A program made the translations under genes and the position numbers. 64,000 nt of DNA. It comes from an uncultured Gammaproteobacteria bacterium (GTDB lineage Bacteria; Patescibacteriota; Microgenomatia; JAMCZE01). This document shows, piece after piece, positions 29,567 to 38,987 of this stretch (position 1 is the stretch's first letter; every line of letters begins with the position of its first letter). The notes under the pieces were generated by a model, which saw only the letters and a list, made by a program, of their open reading frames with translations, did not search any database and was not told where the DNA came from. Where the stretch lies: contig CAZNUP010000001.1 of NCBI GenBank assembly GCA_964576435.1, positions 294,795-358,794 on the forward strand, in the 5' to 3' direction.

Positions 29567-32035
29567 ATGGCTAATATAACTGTTTTACCGGTTGCCCCTC
29601 TTCGAGATGGGCCAGTTTTCCCCAATACCGACGTTCCATTGGTTTTTGGTAGAAGCAAATCTGTTTCCGCATTAAAGAGTGCTTCCGAAACAAACAGATT
29701 AATTTTTGTAGTAGCTCAAAAAGACCCTCAAGCAATTGAAAGTGATTCAGCGAATTTGCAAGAAATTGGCACAATTTGCCAAATTAAACACATCTTCCAA
29801 AGTGAGTCTGAACTCAATGTTCTCGTCTCAGGACTCTCAAGAGCAAAAGTAATCCGCTATCAATCATTGGATTCATTTTTGGTTGCCGAAGTAGAAGAAA
29901 TTCCAGACAAACTAGACGCTGATGATCCTGAGATTACAGCTCTCGTTACTCATATTAATTCTGAATTTCAAAACCTTCTTCGTCTTGGTAGAACCTTCGA
30001 TTTTTTTGTTCTTATGAAATTATCCTCAGAGCTTGGTCCAGGAGAACTCTCGAACCAATTGGCAGCTGTTTTAGATTTTACATCTTTGGATCGTCAAGAA
30101 ATTCTTGATAATCCAGACGTTAAAGTGAGGCTCAAGAAAGTTTCAGATCAAATAGCTAAGGAGCTTAAAGTCTTAGAACTAGAACGGAAGATAATTTCTT
30201 CAAGCCAGGCAAAGATGGAAAAAAACATGCGAGAAAATCTTCTTAAGGAAAGAAAGAAGGCTATTGAACACGAACTTGGTGAAATGGACGATGAAGAAAA
30301 AGAAACCGAAGAGTTAAAACAAAAAGCCAAAAAAGCAGGAATGCCAGAAGAGGTTTTGAAAAAGACTCTCAAAGAAATTAAGCGCTTGGAACAAATGAGC
30401 AGCATGAATCCAGAAGCTGGCTACATTAGAACGTATGTTGAGTGGCTCTTAGATATGCCATGGAATACAAAAAGCGAAAATTCGTCAGATATTAAAGCAG
30501 CAGAAAAGACTCTGGATGAAGATCATTATGGTTTAGAAAAAGTTAAAGAACGCATTATTGAGTATTTAGCAGTCCTTAAATTAAAGCACTCCAAATTGAT
30601 ACCGGATGCTGCTTATACAAAGTCCTCTGAAACTCTTCCAGAACCAGGAGTTAAAACCAAAAAAGAAAGTGTTCCAACAATTATCTGTTTTGTTGGACCT
30701 CCAGGTGTTGGTAAAACCAGTCTTGGAAAATCTATTGCTCGTGCTTTAAACAGAAAATTTGTCCGTATCTCTCTTGGCGGTGTCCGTGATGAAGCTGAAA
30801 TTAGAGGTCATAGAAGAACATATGTTGGCGCTTTACCAGGACGCATTATTCAAGGAATTAAACAAGCAGGAACCAACAATCCAGTATTTATGTTGGATGA
30901 AATTGATAAGTTGGGGAATGACTTTAGAGGTGATCCATCTGCCGCTCTTTTAGAAGCACTTGATCCAGAACAAAACAATGCCTTTTCTGATCATTATCTA
31001 GAAGTCCCATTTGATTTGTCAGAAGTCATCTTTATTACAACAGCAAATCTTTTAGAAACTATCCCACCAGCACTTTTGGATAGGTTAGAAATTATTGAAT
31101 TTCCAGGTTACACATTAGAGGAAAAGTTTCATATTGCTAAAAAATATCTCGTTCCAAAACAGATTGGAATCAATGGTTTAACAGCTGACCAAATAGATAT
31201 TTCAGATGACGCCTTAAGGACTATCATTTCTCGTTATACATATGAAGCAGGCGTAAGACATCTTGAACGAGAGATCGCTACAGTTCTTAGGAAGAATGCC
31301 AAGAAGGTTGCTGAAAAAACACCAAAAAATAAAATTGAAATTAAAAGTAGTGATTTGCACAAGTTCCTTGGCCCATACAAATTCACCTCTACAATTGCTG
31401 AAAGAAAAGATGAAGTAGGTCTCTCAACAGGTCTCTTTGTCACAAATGCAGGTGGAGGCATTCTCTTAATTGAAGTTGCCACTATGCCAGGAAAAGGTGG
31501 GTTAACTTTAACTGGACGGCTTGGTGACGTCATGCAAGAATCAGCAAAAGCTGCCATGTCTTATGTAAGAAGCAGATGGAAAGAACTTGGAATTGACGAG
31601 AAGTTATTCCAAAAAACTGATATTCACATTCATTTTCCAGAAGGCGCTACGCCAAAAGACGGTCCCTCAGCAGGAATTGCAATTACAATTGCCTTAGTTT
31701 CTGCCCTAACTAAAATTCCTGTCAAAAAATATGTCGGAATGACTGGTGAAGTAACCTTAAGGGGAAGAGTATTGGAAATTGGTGGACTTAAAGAAAAGGT
31801 CATTGGTGCAAAGCTTGCTGGCCTTAAAAGAATTGTTGCACCAAAATCAAATAAAAAAGATCTTGAAGAAATTCCAAAGTACATCACTAAAGATTTAGAG
31901 TTTAGTTTCGTTGACAATATGGACGAAGTTTTGGAGCTAGCTTTAGTTGAAAGACCTCAGCCTAAAGAAGCAAGATCTGGAGAGCATAAAAAAACATCTA
32001 GATCATTTGCTCGTCTAGAAATACCTGTCTCGTAA
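29567..32035 (+). CDS. lon: ATP-dependent protease Lon
   Basis: N domain, GPPGVGKTS, RRTYVGALPG, DEIDK, PKDGPSAG (catalytic Ser), IGGLKEK (Lys). Confidence 0.98.
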   Translation: MANITVLPVAPLRDGPVFPNTDVPLVFGRSKSVSALKSASETNRLIFVVAQKDPQAIESDSANLQEIGTICQIKHIFQSESELNVLVSGLSRAKVIRYQSLDSFLVAEVEEIPDKLDADDPEITALVTHINSEFQNLLRLGRTFDFFVLMKLSSELGPGELSNQLAAVLDFTSLDRQEILDNPDVKVRLKKVSDQIAKELKVLELERKIISSSQAKMEKNMRENLLKERKKAIEHELGEMDDEEKETEELKQKAKKAGMPEEVLKKTLKEIKRLEQMSSMNPEAGYIRTYVEWLLDMPWNTKSENSSDIKAAEKTLDEDHYGLEKVKERIIEYLAVLKLKHSKLIPDAAYTKSSETLPEPGVKTKKESVPTIICFVGPPGVGKTSLGKSIARALNRKFVRISLGGVRDEAEIRGHRRTYVGALPGRIIQGIKQAGTNNPVFMLDEIDKLGNDFRGDPSAALLEALDPEQNNAFSDHYLEVPFDLSEVIFITTANLLETIPPALLDRLEIIEFPGYTLEEKFHIAKKYLVPKQIGINGLTADQIDISDDALRTIISRYTYEAGVRHLEREIATVLRKNAKKVAEKTPKNKIEIKSSDLHKFLGPYKFTSTIAERKDEVGLSTGLFVTNAGGGILLIEVATMPGKGGLTLTGRLGDVMQESAKAAMSYVRSRWKELGIDEKLFQKTDIHIHFPEGATPKDGPSAGIAITIALVSALTKIPVKKYVGMTGEVTLRGRVLEIGGLKEKVIGAKLAGLKRIVAPKSNKKDLEEIPKYITKDLEFSFVDNMDEVLELALVERPQPKEARSGEHKKTSRSFARLEIPVS

Positions 32036-32938
32036 TATTTCCCAAATAGCTTCTCGCTGGCAAACTCTTTTTAGTTCATTTATGTCACTTGCACTAAGTT
32101 CTGTGCTTTTATTTGTTTTTGAAAACATCACACTATTTTCATCTTTAACGTGATTAATCCCTAACGAGTGTCCAAATTCATGAGCCAGTGTGTGTATAAT
32201 TTCCGGTTTATCAATATAAAAATAAATTGAGATGGTGTTATTTGGACCATCAAAGAGTCCTTCTTCTGGTCGGAGCTTAAGAGTAGTGTTGAATTCAGAA
32301 ACTGTGCTGTTATAATTTTTCACTTCGTCATTAAATTCACCAGCTGATGTGTTAAGTTTGTCTGCCTCGGCATTAAGTGCAGCTGCTTCACTTTCCAGAC
32401 TCTTTTGTTCAGAAAGTAATTTATTGTAGTCTTCTTCAGGGGCTCCCCCTCGGTCATTCCAATATTTTACTTTGTCATTGAAATCTGCCATTTTCTTATT
32501 AAAGGTCACTGTCTTTTGTTTATGACTTTCAATGCTTGGTTTAAGCTGTCCTTCGGATTGCGTTATTTTTTCTGAAAGCTGACCAATTTGGTTAGTTAGT
32601 TGCTGTCTTTCATCAAATACTAAATTAACTTTAAGTTTGCCTTCTGGGTTGTTTGTAAAAATTTCTTCACCATATGCCTTATTCCAAATATTAGCTCCAG
32701 ATAAAGTAAATGCTTCAAATTCTTCTTTGCTAATTCCAAATTTGCTATCAACCTTATCAATTTGAAAGCTAATTGGTTGGTCACAAAATGAGGGGTACAA
32801 GGTTCTATAAACTTTTGTCTGAAGTTCCTTATTTCTTAAATAATAAAAAGCACCTCCAGCAAGGAGGGCGATAATTATTATCAAGATAGCTAAGCTAAAA
32901 AAGACTCGTTTGCTTGGATGGGTCATAGTTTGTGTCAT
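32015..32938 (-). CDS. membrane-anchored matrixin/metzincin zinc metalloprotease with coiled-coil insert
   Basis: N-terminal TM, HEFGHSLGINH, Met-turn SVMF. Start uncertain (32938 or 32926). Confidence 0.85.
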   Translation of the reverse strand: MTQTMTHPSKRVFFSLAILIIIIALLAGGAFYYLRNKELQTKVYRTLYPSFCDQPISFQIDKVDSKFGISKEEFEAFTLSGANIWNKAYGEEIFTNNPEGKLKVNLVFDERQQLTNQIGQLSEKITQSEGQLKPSIESHKQKTVTFNKKMADFNDKVKYWNDRGGAPEEDYNKLLSEQKSLESEAAALNAEADKLNTSAGEFNDEVKNYNSTVSEFNTTLKLRPEEGLFDGPNNTISIYFYIDKPEIIHTLAHEFGHSLGINHVKDENSVMFSKTNKSTELSASDINELKRVCQREAIWEILRDRYF

Positions 32939-33503
32939 TATATCCAAAATCCACTTGAATTTTTCTTTCCGTATTCCAAAAATCAACCAAGTTTAAATAT
33001 TTATTTTTAAGTCCAAAGTCATAGACTTTCTTTGTAATCATTACATCTGCTTCGCAATAATATTGAAGTTTTCTAAGGCTTTCTGGGTCTCCAGCTTTAA
33101 AATATTTGACCGCGTTAGCCCCAGAGTCAACCTTAAGTTCTCCAAGTGTTGCCTTGGCAACGGAATTAAGTGACGCTCTATGCCCAAACGCCTCTCGCAC
33201 ATGTTCCAAAATATCGAAGTGGGGGAGTTTGGCAAAGTTGCTTGGTGCATAGTCCTTAAGCGCAGGAACGTCAAAGTGGTTCGAATTAAACCCAATTATC
33301 CTGTCAGCTTCCTGAAAGAATTTCCACATCTTATCAAGATCTTTCTCCCAAAAACTTAGCATCTCACCAGATTTTTCGTTAAATTCGCTATCAATCTCCC
33401 TGTGGTACAAAGAGACAATAGATACACCCAATTTAGATGGGTCAGTAGTCCCAGCTTCATCAAAGAAGGTCTTAGTTTCAATATCAAAGATTACCTCGAA
33501 CAT
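32895..33503 (-). CDS. RNase H-like / DEDD 3'-5' exonuclease domain protein (YprB-like)
   Basis: FDIET, GFNSNHFD, YCEADV. Confidence 0.8.
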   Translation of the reverse strand: MFEVIFDIETKTFFDEAGTTDPSKLGVSIVSLYHREIDSEFNEKSGEMLSFWEKDLDKMWKFFQEADRIIGFNSNHFDVPALKDYAPSNFAKLPHFDILEHVREAFGHRASLNSVAKATLGELKVDSGANAVKYFKAGDPESLRKLQYYCEADVMITKKVYDFGLKNKYLNLVDFWNTERKIQVDFGYNDTNYDPSKQTSLF

Positions 33504-33524
33504 GTGCTGCCAATATTAATGGAG

Positions 33525-34064
33525 TTAAATAGGAGTTGCAACTGCTACAAAGCGTTTAGAGTCTAAAAACCCTGAACAAGTATAAACTGTGAGTAAAGTT
33601 TTATCTGTTTGTTCAAGGATATTTGTCTGGTCGGGAGTAACTTCTTGGGTAAGTTGAATTTTAAATTCTCGTTTTGACCCATCACTCATGACAACTTGAA
33701 CTCTGTCTCCAGGTTTACTTCTGGGCAATTTGCCTAATAAATTGGCAAAGTTGTGACCATACAACACACTGTTTCCCTTTTCTCCAGGAGCAGGGGTTGA
33801 GGTTAAATAAGATGTTCCTTTGTCGGTCATATCCCACAAAAGTCCATTTATTTTGGCTGGATATATTGGAGTGTCAATTTCTCTTTGAGGAATTATTAGT
33901 CTAACTGGTTTTAAATCATGTCTACTTGGGCTATGAGAGTAATTTGTGGCTACGTGCTGGAAAGAAAGTTTGTTTGGATTAATTCTTTGCCATAAAAGGT
34001 AGCCAGACAGCAAAAAGCAAACAAGTCCAAAAAGGAAAAAAACAAAGGAGAAAACTGATCTCAT
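33525..34064 (-). CDS. sortase
   Basis: N-terminal TM anchor; GNSVLYGHN, LTVYTC and KR give the His-Cys-Arg triad. Confidence 0.93.
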   Translation of the reverse strand: MRSVFSFVFFLFGLVCFLLSGYLLWQRINPNKLSFQHVATNYSHSPSRHDLKPVRLIIPQREIDTPIYPAKINGLLWDMTDKGTSYLTSTPAPGEKGNSVLYGHNFANLLGKLPRSKPGDRVQVVMSDGSKREFKIQLTQEVTPDQTNILEQTDKTLLTVYTCSGFLDSKRFVAVATPI

Positions 34065-34651
34065 TTATTTCGAATAATAAGTCCAGTTGATAGAGAAAGA
34101 ACTCCGAGAGCAAATAAAACTGCAGCTATTTGTAAATTTCCAGTAGCTGCAAGTCCCAGAACTGCACTTGGGTCGGAATTTGAATTTGAGGAAGATGAGC
34201 CTCCATTAGATGAAGATGATCCTCCACCGCTAGAACCCCCACCATTTTGGCAAGAATAATCGCTATTTTTAGCTAAATAGGGATCTGCTGTAAGTCCCCA
34301 TACGGATCCGTCTGGGATAAGAATCCATCCTTGTGCAACAAATTCGTTAATTTCTTCTTTAGTAAGTTGTGATGCTTTCCACCAATTTGTTTGAATTCCA
34401 GTTCCGTCGTTAGCACAAAAACATTGTGTTAAGGCTTGGTCAGAGATTTTATAGACATTATCTTTTCCAGAATAGCTGCCAGATTTTCCAGCAATTCCAA
34501 AAGTTCCTGAGTTATAGGAAGCTATAAGCTCACCACTTGGACTAACACATGCTGGGAAAGTTGGCACTGAAGTTGCTAATGCTTTAGCTGGAGCCAGAGT
34601 GATAGCGAATAAAAACAATCCAAATAATGTTAGGGCAGTTAGTCTATTCAT
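34061..34651 (-). CDS. secreted protein with C-terminal sortase sorting signal (LAATG)
   Basis: Signal peptide (AKALA), four Cys, Gly/Ser-rich linker, LAATG (34139-34153), hydrophobic helix, RNK tail; ATGA overlap with the sortase gene. Confidence 0.85.
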   Translation of the reverse strand: MNRLTALTLFGLFLFAITLAPAKALATSVPTFPACVSPSGELIASYNSGTFGIAGKSGSYSGKDNVYKISDQALTQCFCANDGTGIQTNWWKASQLTKEEINEFVAQGWILIPDGSVWGLTADPYLAKNSDYSCQNGGGSSGGGSSSSNGGSSSSNSNSDPSAVLGLAATGNLQIAAVLFALGVLSLSTGLIIRNK

Positions 34652-34679
34652 ATCCTATAGATTATACTACATGTAAAAA

Positions 34680-35939
34680 TTATGTCAAGTTTAACCGCTC
34701 CAAAAGTCTTTCCATAAAGTTATCGCTACTTATCTTTCTTAATCTGATTTCAACTTCCTTATCCGAGTTATTAATATTCATCTCATAAGTTTCATAACCA
34801 ACTTTCTGTACAGTCATGTGTTCACCTTTAAAAAGGTATGCCTTGGCAAGTCCATCTTGATTTGTCTCATAATAATCTCGGTTTGTGGTCACAAGCGCTC
34901 TAGAAAGAGCGTTTCCATCTTGGTCAACAACTTTAACCACAGTTGGTTCAGGGGAATAATAACTTTTTATAACTGAAACTACTTTTCGAGGTGTTCCATC
35001 ATCATTCCACGCTTTAGTTGACCCCCCAAAGCTAGTCCAATAAGATAATCCAACTATTTCTGGTTTATTAACAACGTCAGCAAGCGCTTCTTTTGTCCAT
35101 TGAGCTTGCATTTCTTCTGTCATTTCTCCGTTAATGTCAGGAATAGGCGCCCCGTATTCTCCAAGTACAACTTTTCCTCCAGATAGTTTTGCAATTTCTA
35201 AAGCATCTGTCGCTAGATCTTTCGGGTCCGAAACATAGTGGTCAATCACAACAATTCCACCCATTTTGGCTGTTGTAGATGGATCCATAATAAGTCTTGC
35301 AACATCACCATTCATGGAAGCAAAGTTTGGCTCCACTCGTTTTCCTATTTTTTCAAATGACTCTTTTGCAATTGTCCGCTCGTCAATCATGAATTGTCGG
35401 AAGCCTTTAATGTCACGTGTGCTTCTTGGATCCCCAGGACCTCCATTTTCACATTCAGGGCAGGGACTAAATACGTCCCCATCTTCAAAAAGTGTTGGGT
35501 TATTTAAAATAAATTTTTGCGTTAATTCCTTGTGTTGGGTGCGGCTAATCTTTTTAAAGCCGAACCATTTTTCCCAACCAGAAAAATTGCCCCTAAACCA
35601 AACCTTAAGTTCATATTTTCTAGCTGCCTCCACCCATAGTTTGAGTCCCGGCAAAAACTTTTCATCATACGGCGTAGCAATCGCAACGTGAGTTGCTCCT
35701 GTTTGGGATATAGCTTTAACCTGGGCATCGATCATTTTTTTATATTCTGGATTGTCCATTTGATCTTGAATTGGATCTCTCGAATACTTCATCGTATCGA
35801 TTGCTTGAAAGTCCCACATTTGAATCGCTGCTGGATTTTTAATTGTGTCTGGTTTTTTTATGATTTGAAGGAATACAAAAAATATGGCAACACTTACTAG
35901 TCCAATGAGAACAAAAATTATGATATGTTTCTTTTTCAT
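34680..35939 (-). CDS. membrane-anchored putative glycoside hydrolase (TIM barrel) with C-terminal beta-sandwich
   Basis: N-terminal TM; GATHVAI, LKVWFRG, PECE, IDHY, VLGEYG spaced like clan GH-A enzymes. Confidence 0.6.
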   Translation of the reverse strand: MKKKHIIIFVLIGLVSVAIFFVFLQIIKKPDTIKNPAAIQMWDFQAIDTMKYSRDPIQDQMDNPEYKKMIDAQVKAISQTGATHVAIATPYDEKFLPGLKLWVEAARKYELKVWFRGNFSGWEKWFGFKKISRTQHKELTQKFILNNPTLFEDGDVFSPCPECENGGPGDPRSTRDIKGFRQFMIDERTIAKESFEKIGKRVEPNFASMNGDVARLIMDPSTTAKMGGIVVIDHYVSDPKDLATDALEIAKLSGGKVVLGEYGAPIPDINGEMTEEMQAQWTKEALADVVNKPEIVGLSYWTSFGGSTKAWNDDGTPRKVVSVIKSYYSPEPTVVKVVDQDGNALSRALVTTNRDYYETNQDGLAKAYLFKGEHMTVQKVGYETYEMNINNSDKEVEIRLRKISSDNFMERLLERLNLT

Positions 35940-37495
35940 TTCAGCCCTTCAAAAATTGGTTTAGTATTTAGATTTTTAACATATTGATTTTTAAGTGCGT
36001 AGACATCAGCAAAAGGATATTTTGCCACTAAATTATACTTTTTAAGAGCTTTAGAGTTCTTAATTTTTTTCCAAGTCAAATCATTATTGTCATAAGTCCT
36101 GACAACAATCCATCTGGCCCATCTGTCTGGTGATGTTGTGGCTGCTGTCCAATAAGCTCCAGTTCCTTCATGAATAAATCTCTTCATTGGCATTCCAGAT
36201 GAAAAGATAATGGCGTCATGTGACGCAGCGGAAATTAAAACAAATCCCTCCTTGTCAGCGGCATTATTTTTTAGATATCCACTAACTTCACTTACATTTT
36301 TTTGACTTGACCCAACGGTTGCGTCATCAATTGTAACTGCATCAAAGTTTACAAGTCCAATCACACAAGTTAAAAGAGCAAGTCCAATGATCACGTATCT
36401 AAAGTCTCGTGCTTTGTCTGCAAGGTATGCAATAAAAATTGCAATTGACGGCATAAGCATGATGCCATACCTAACATTAAACCAAGTATTTCCTGAAATT
36501 CCCTGTATAAATAAAACTGAATGTCCAAGATATAAGGCAAGGACGTTAAATGCGAGTGGTGCAAATAAAGCAAGGACTGCAATCTTGACTCTAAGTGTGA
36601 GACTTTTAGTAACGAACAGATAAATGGAACCAATTAAAGCTAGGATGACATTAAAGCTGTATGAGTTATAAAAAAGAGCATAGATATAGATCTTAATTGA
36701 TAAAAGTAAATTTCCTTTTGTAAGTAACACACCGGCCGAATTAAGTTGGTCCTGTTGAGCATGAGCTGAAAACGGCCCAAATGCAAAATAAAGCGGATCT
36801 TTAAAGATAAGGAAGTTCCACAAAAACCAAGCAAACACTCCGGCAAATGCTAATGTTCCAAAAAGAACTAAAATCCCTTCTATTTTTTTGAAATTACCTT
36901 TCTTAAAGTTTAATAAAACTAGAATTCCAGCTATGACAAGTAATAAGAACCATCCGTCATATCTAACAAGTGATGCAAGCATTGCAAAAAAAGCAGACTT
37001 GATGATGTCCACATTGTTTTCTTCTTTTGCATAACAAATTAAGTAAAAAACTGCAGCAGTCATTGTTGCAAGAAGAAGCAGTTCAGTCATTGCCGTTGAC
37101 TGTAAATATAGGATGTTAATGTTAAGCACAAAGACAGCTATGGCAAGAGCTTGTCCAACTTTAGATACATCTAATTTTTGGAGAATCTTTACAATTAAAA
37201 GTCCACAGGCAACAAAGGACACCATTGAAACTATTCCTCCGGCAAGTCCAGAGTGCCACATCCAATCATTCCAAACAGTAAATACCATTAACATGTGGGG
37301 CAGTGGAAGCCAAACAGAGCCAAGTTGTGCAAGTCCAGGTTTAAGTCCTTCAACCACTCGTCTAGAAATATCTAAATGTGACCTGGCATCGTTATATGCA
37401 AGTCCAAGCCCATTTTGATAAAACACAAAAAATGCGACTACCGATATGGCAACTAAAAAAAATGTTAAGGCGATAGTAAATTTATTCTTTATCAT
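35936..37495 (-). CDS. GT-C fold glycosyltransferase (PMT/ArnT-like)
   Basis: First-loop YNDARSH, VWLPLPH, AMTE, RYDGW, NVRY; about 11 TM helices. Confidence 0.75.
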   Translation of the reverse strand: MIKNKFTIALTFFLVAISVVAFFVFYQNGLGLAYNDARSHLDISRRVVEGLKPGLAQLGSVWLPLPHMLMVFTVWNDWMWHSGLAGGIVSMVSFVACGLLIVKILQKLDVSKVGQALAIAVFVLNINILYLQSTAMTELLLLATMTAAVFYLICYAKEENNVDIIKSAFFAMLASLVRYDGWFLLLVIAGILVLLNFKKGNFKKIEGILVLFGTLAFAGVFAWFLWNFLIFKDPLYFAFGPFSAHAQQDQLNSAGVLLTKGNLLLSIKIYIYALFYNSYSFNVILALIGSIYLFVTKSLTLRVKIAVLALFAPLAFNVLALYLGHSVLFIQGISGNTWFNVRYGIMLMPSIAIFIAYLADKARDFRYVIIGLALLTCVIGLVNFDAVTIDDATVGSSQKNVSEVSGYLKNNAADKEGFVLISAASHDAIIFSSGMPMKRFIHEGTGAYWTAATTSPDRWARWIVVRTYDNNDLTWKKIKNSKALKKYNLVAKYPFADVYALKNQYVKNLNTKPIFEGLK

Positions 37496-38987
37496 TTTTG
37501 TTTTCTTTAAAAACAGCCAAAGCCATAAGACTTATTACAAATACAGAAGTGATTGCGCTATATACCATCCAATAATTTTTAGGACTTACAAATTTATAGA
37601 AATATTTAGCATATAAATCTGATGTGTTAAGTCCAGAATTTATCTTAATCATGTTGTATTCCTGTGTATAAGGAATTGGATTTAAAAGGTTAAGCGCTTC
37701 ATTCTTTGGTGGAATTGCATTTGTTGTTAGTGTTCCAAGGCTATTTGTCCAAATGCCATAAATAGCGAGTGTTAATACAACTATTACAACAATCATGTTT
37801 CGTCTGTAAGTTGTTATAAAAAATCCAAGCCCTGCTGCACAAATCGCAGCAGCTGGAATTAAATATCTTGGACCGAAAGCCCATCCTCCCCAAGGATCAC
37901 CAAAACTGCTGTATACAACAACATCAATTGCAGCTACTGCTACGGCAATTACACCAATTGTTTTAGTTTCTTTCTTCTTTGTCGATAAAAGTAATCCCCA
38001 AATTCCAGCTAATAAAACAGGTGAATAAAACAGCCAAGATCGCTCATTGGAAATTAGTAAGATATAAAGTCCATTTAGCTGGTCTCTAGTATTAAAAGGT
38101 AAAATTGAATTCAGGGCCGGTAGTTTATTTTGTTTTTGATTTGGTTTAGGGGTAGGTGATTGCTTATGAATTGGTTGAGTGTCGCTAAACTTATATGTCC
38201 TCCCAATTGACTGTGCAAGTTTTACAAAACTTCCAGTTGTTGCAAAATTGTAATAAGCAAAAAGTAAAATTGCTGGGACCATCGCAACAAATAACCACGC
38301 AACTTTAAAGTTAAATTCCAATATTTTTTCTTTTCCTATGTAGAATTTAGATAACAAATATAGAATTATTGGTGTCCCCATGATGGCGTTAGGAAAATCC
38401 ACAACCACACCAATACTAAATAAAATTCCAATTGTGATGTATCTCTTTAAATTCATTTTCTCTTGAATTAGACAAAGCATTCCAATCATTATTGCTGAAC
38501 TAACAAGGTGTTGAGTAAGTGTTTGGGAATAGGGAAGTGCATTTGTTCCAAACGCGAAGATAACCCCGACTAGTAGGGCAGGATATTTTTTAGCTCCGAA
38601 TCGTTTGGCAAGTAAAGCAACTAAAAAGATGTTTAAAATCAAAAATATTGAGTTCAAAGCATATGTCACCTGCTGTGTTTGATTTATCATCTTTCCTAAA
38701 ACATAAAAGGGAATTGCCATGAATGATATTCCAGGCGTAAATATCGACATGTGTTTTCCTTGGTAAAAAACAAGATCGGGTGAGGCAAATCTTGCCTGAT
38801 TATCGTTTAAGAAAAAGGTTTGGTTATCAACTATTGCCTCAACCAAGGCATATCTAGCTGTGCTATTCGAAAGCTCAAAAGGGCTTCCTGGCTGTCTGAG
38901 TGAAACAACCTGCCCTTTATAGATAAAAGACACCAAAATACAGGATAATATTAGAACGATAATAATTGGTAAAAGTTTTTTAATCAT
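37482..38987 (-). CDS. polytopic membrane protein, probable GT-C fold glycosyltransferase
   Basis: Multi-TM; PDL...FTPG.S loop; WGGWAFGPRYLIP motif. Confidence 0.65.
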   Translation of the reverse strand: MIKKLLPIIIVLILSCILVSFIYKGQVVSLRQPGSPFELSNSTARYALVEAIVDNQTFFLNDNQARFASPDLVFYQGKHMSIFTPGISFMAIPFYVLGKMINQTQQVTYALNSIFLILNIFLVALLAKRFGAKKYPALLVGVIFAFGTNALPYSQTLTQHLVSSAIMIGMLCLIQEKMNLKRYITIGILFSIGVVVDFPNAIMGTPIILYLLSKFYIGKEKILEFNFKVAWLFVAMVPAILLFAYYNFATTGSFVKLAQSIGRTYKFSDTQPIHKQSPTPKPNQKQNKLPALNSILPFNTRDQLNGLYILLISNERSWLFYSPVLLAGIWGLLLSTKKKETKTIGVIAVAVAAIDVVVYSSFGDPWGGWAFGPRYLIPAAAICAAGLGFFITTYRRNMIVVIVVLTLAIYGIWTNSLGTLTTNAIPPKNEALNLLNPIPYTQEYNMIKINSGLNTSDLYAKYFYKFVSPKNYWMVYSAITSVFVISLMALAVFKENKNDKE

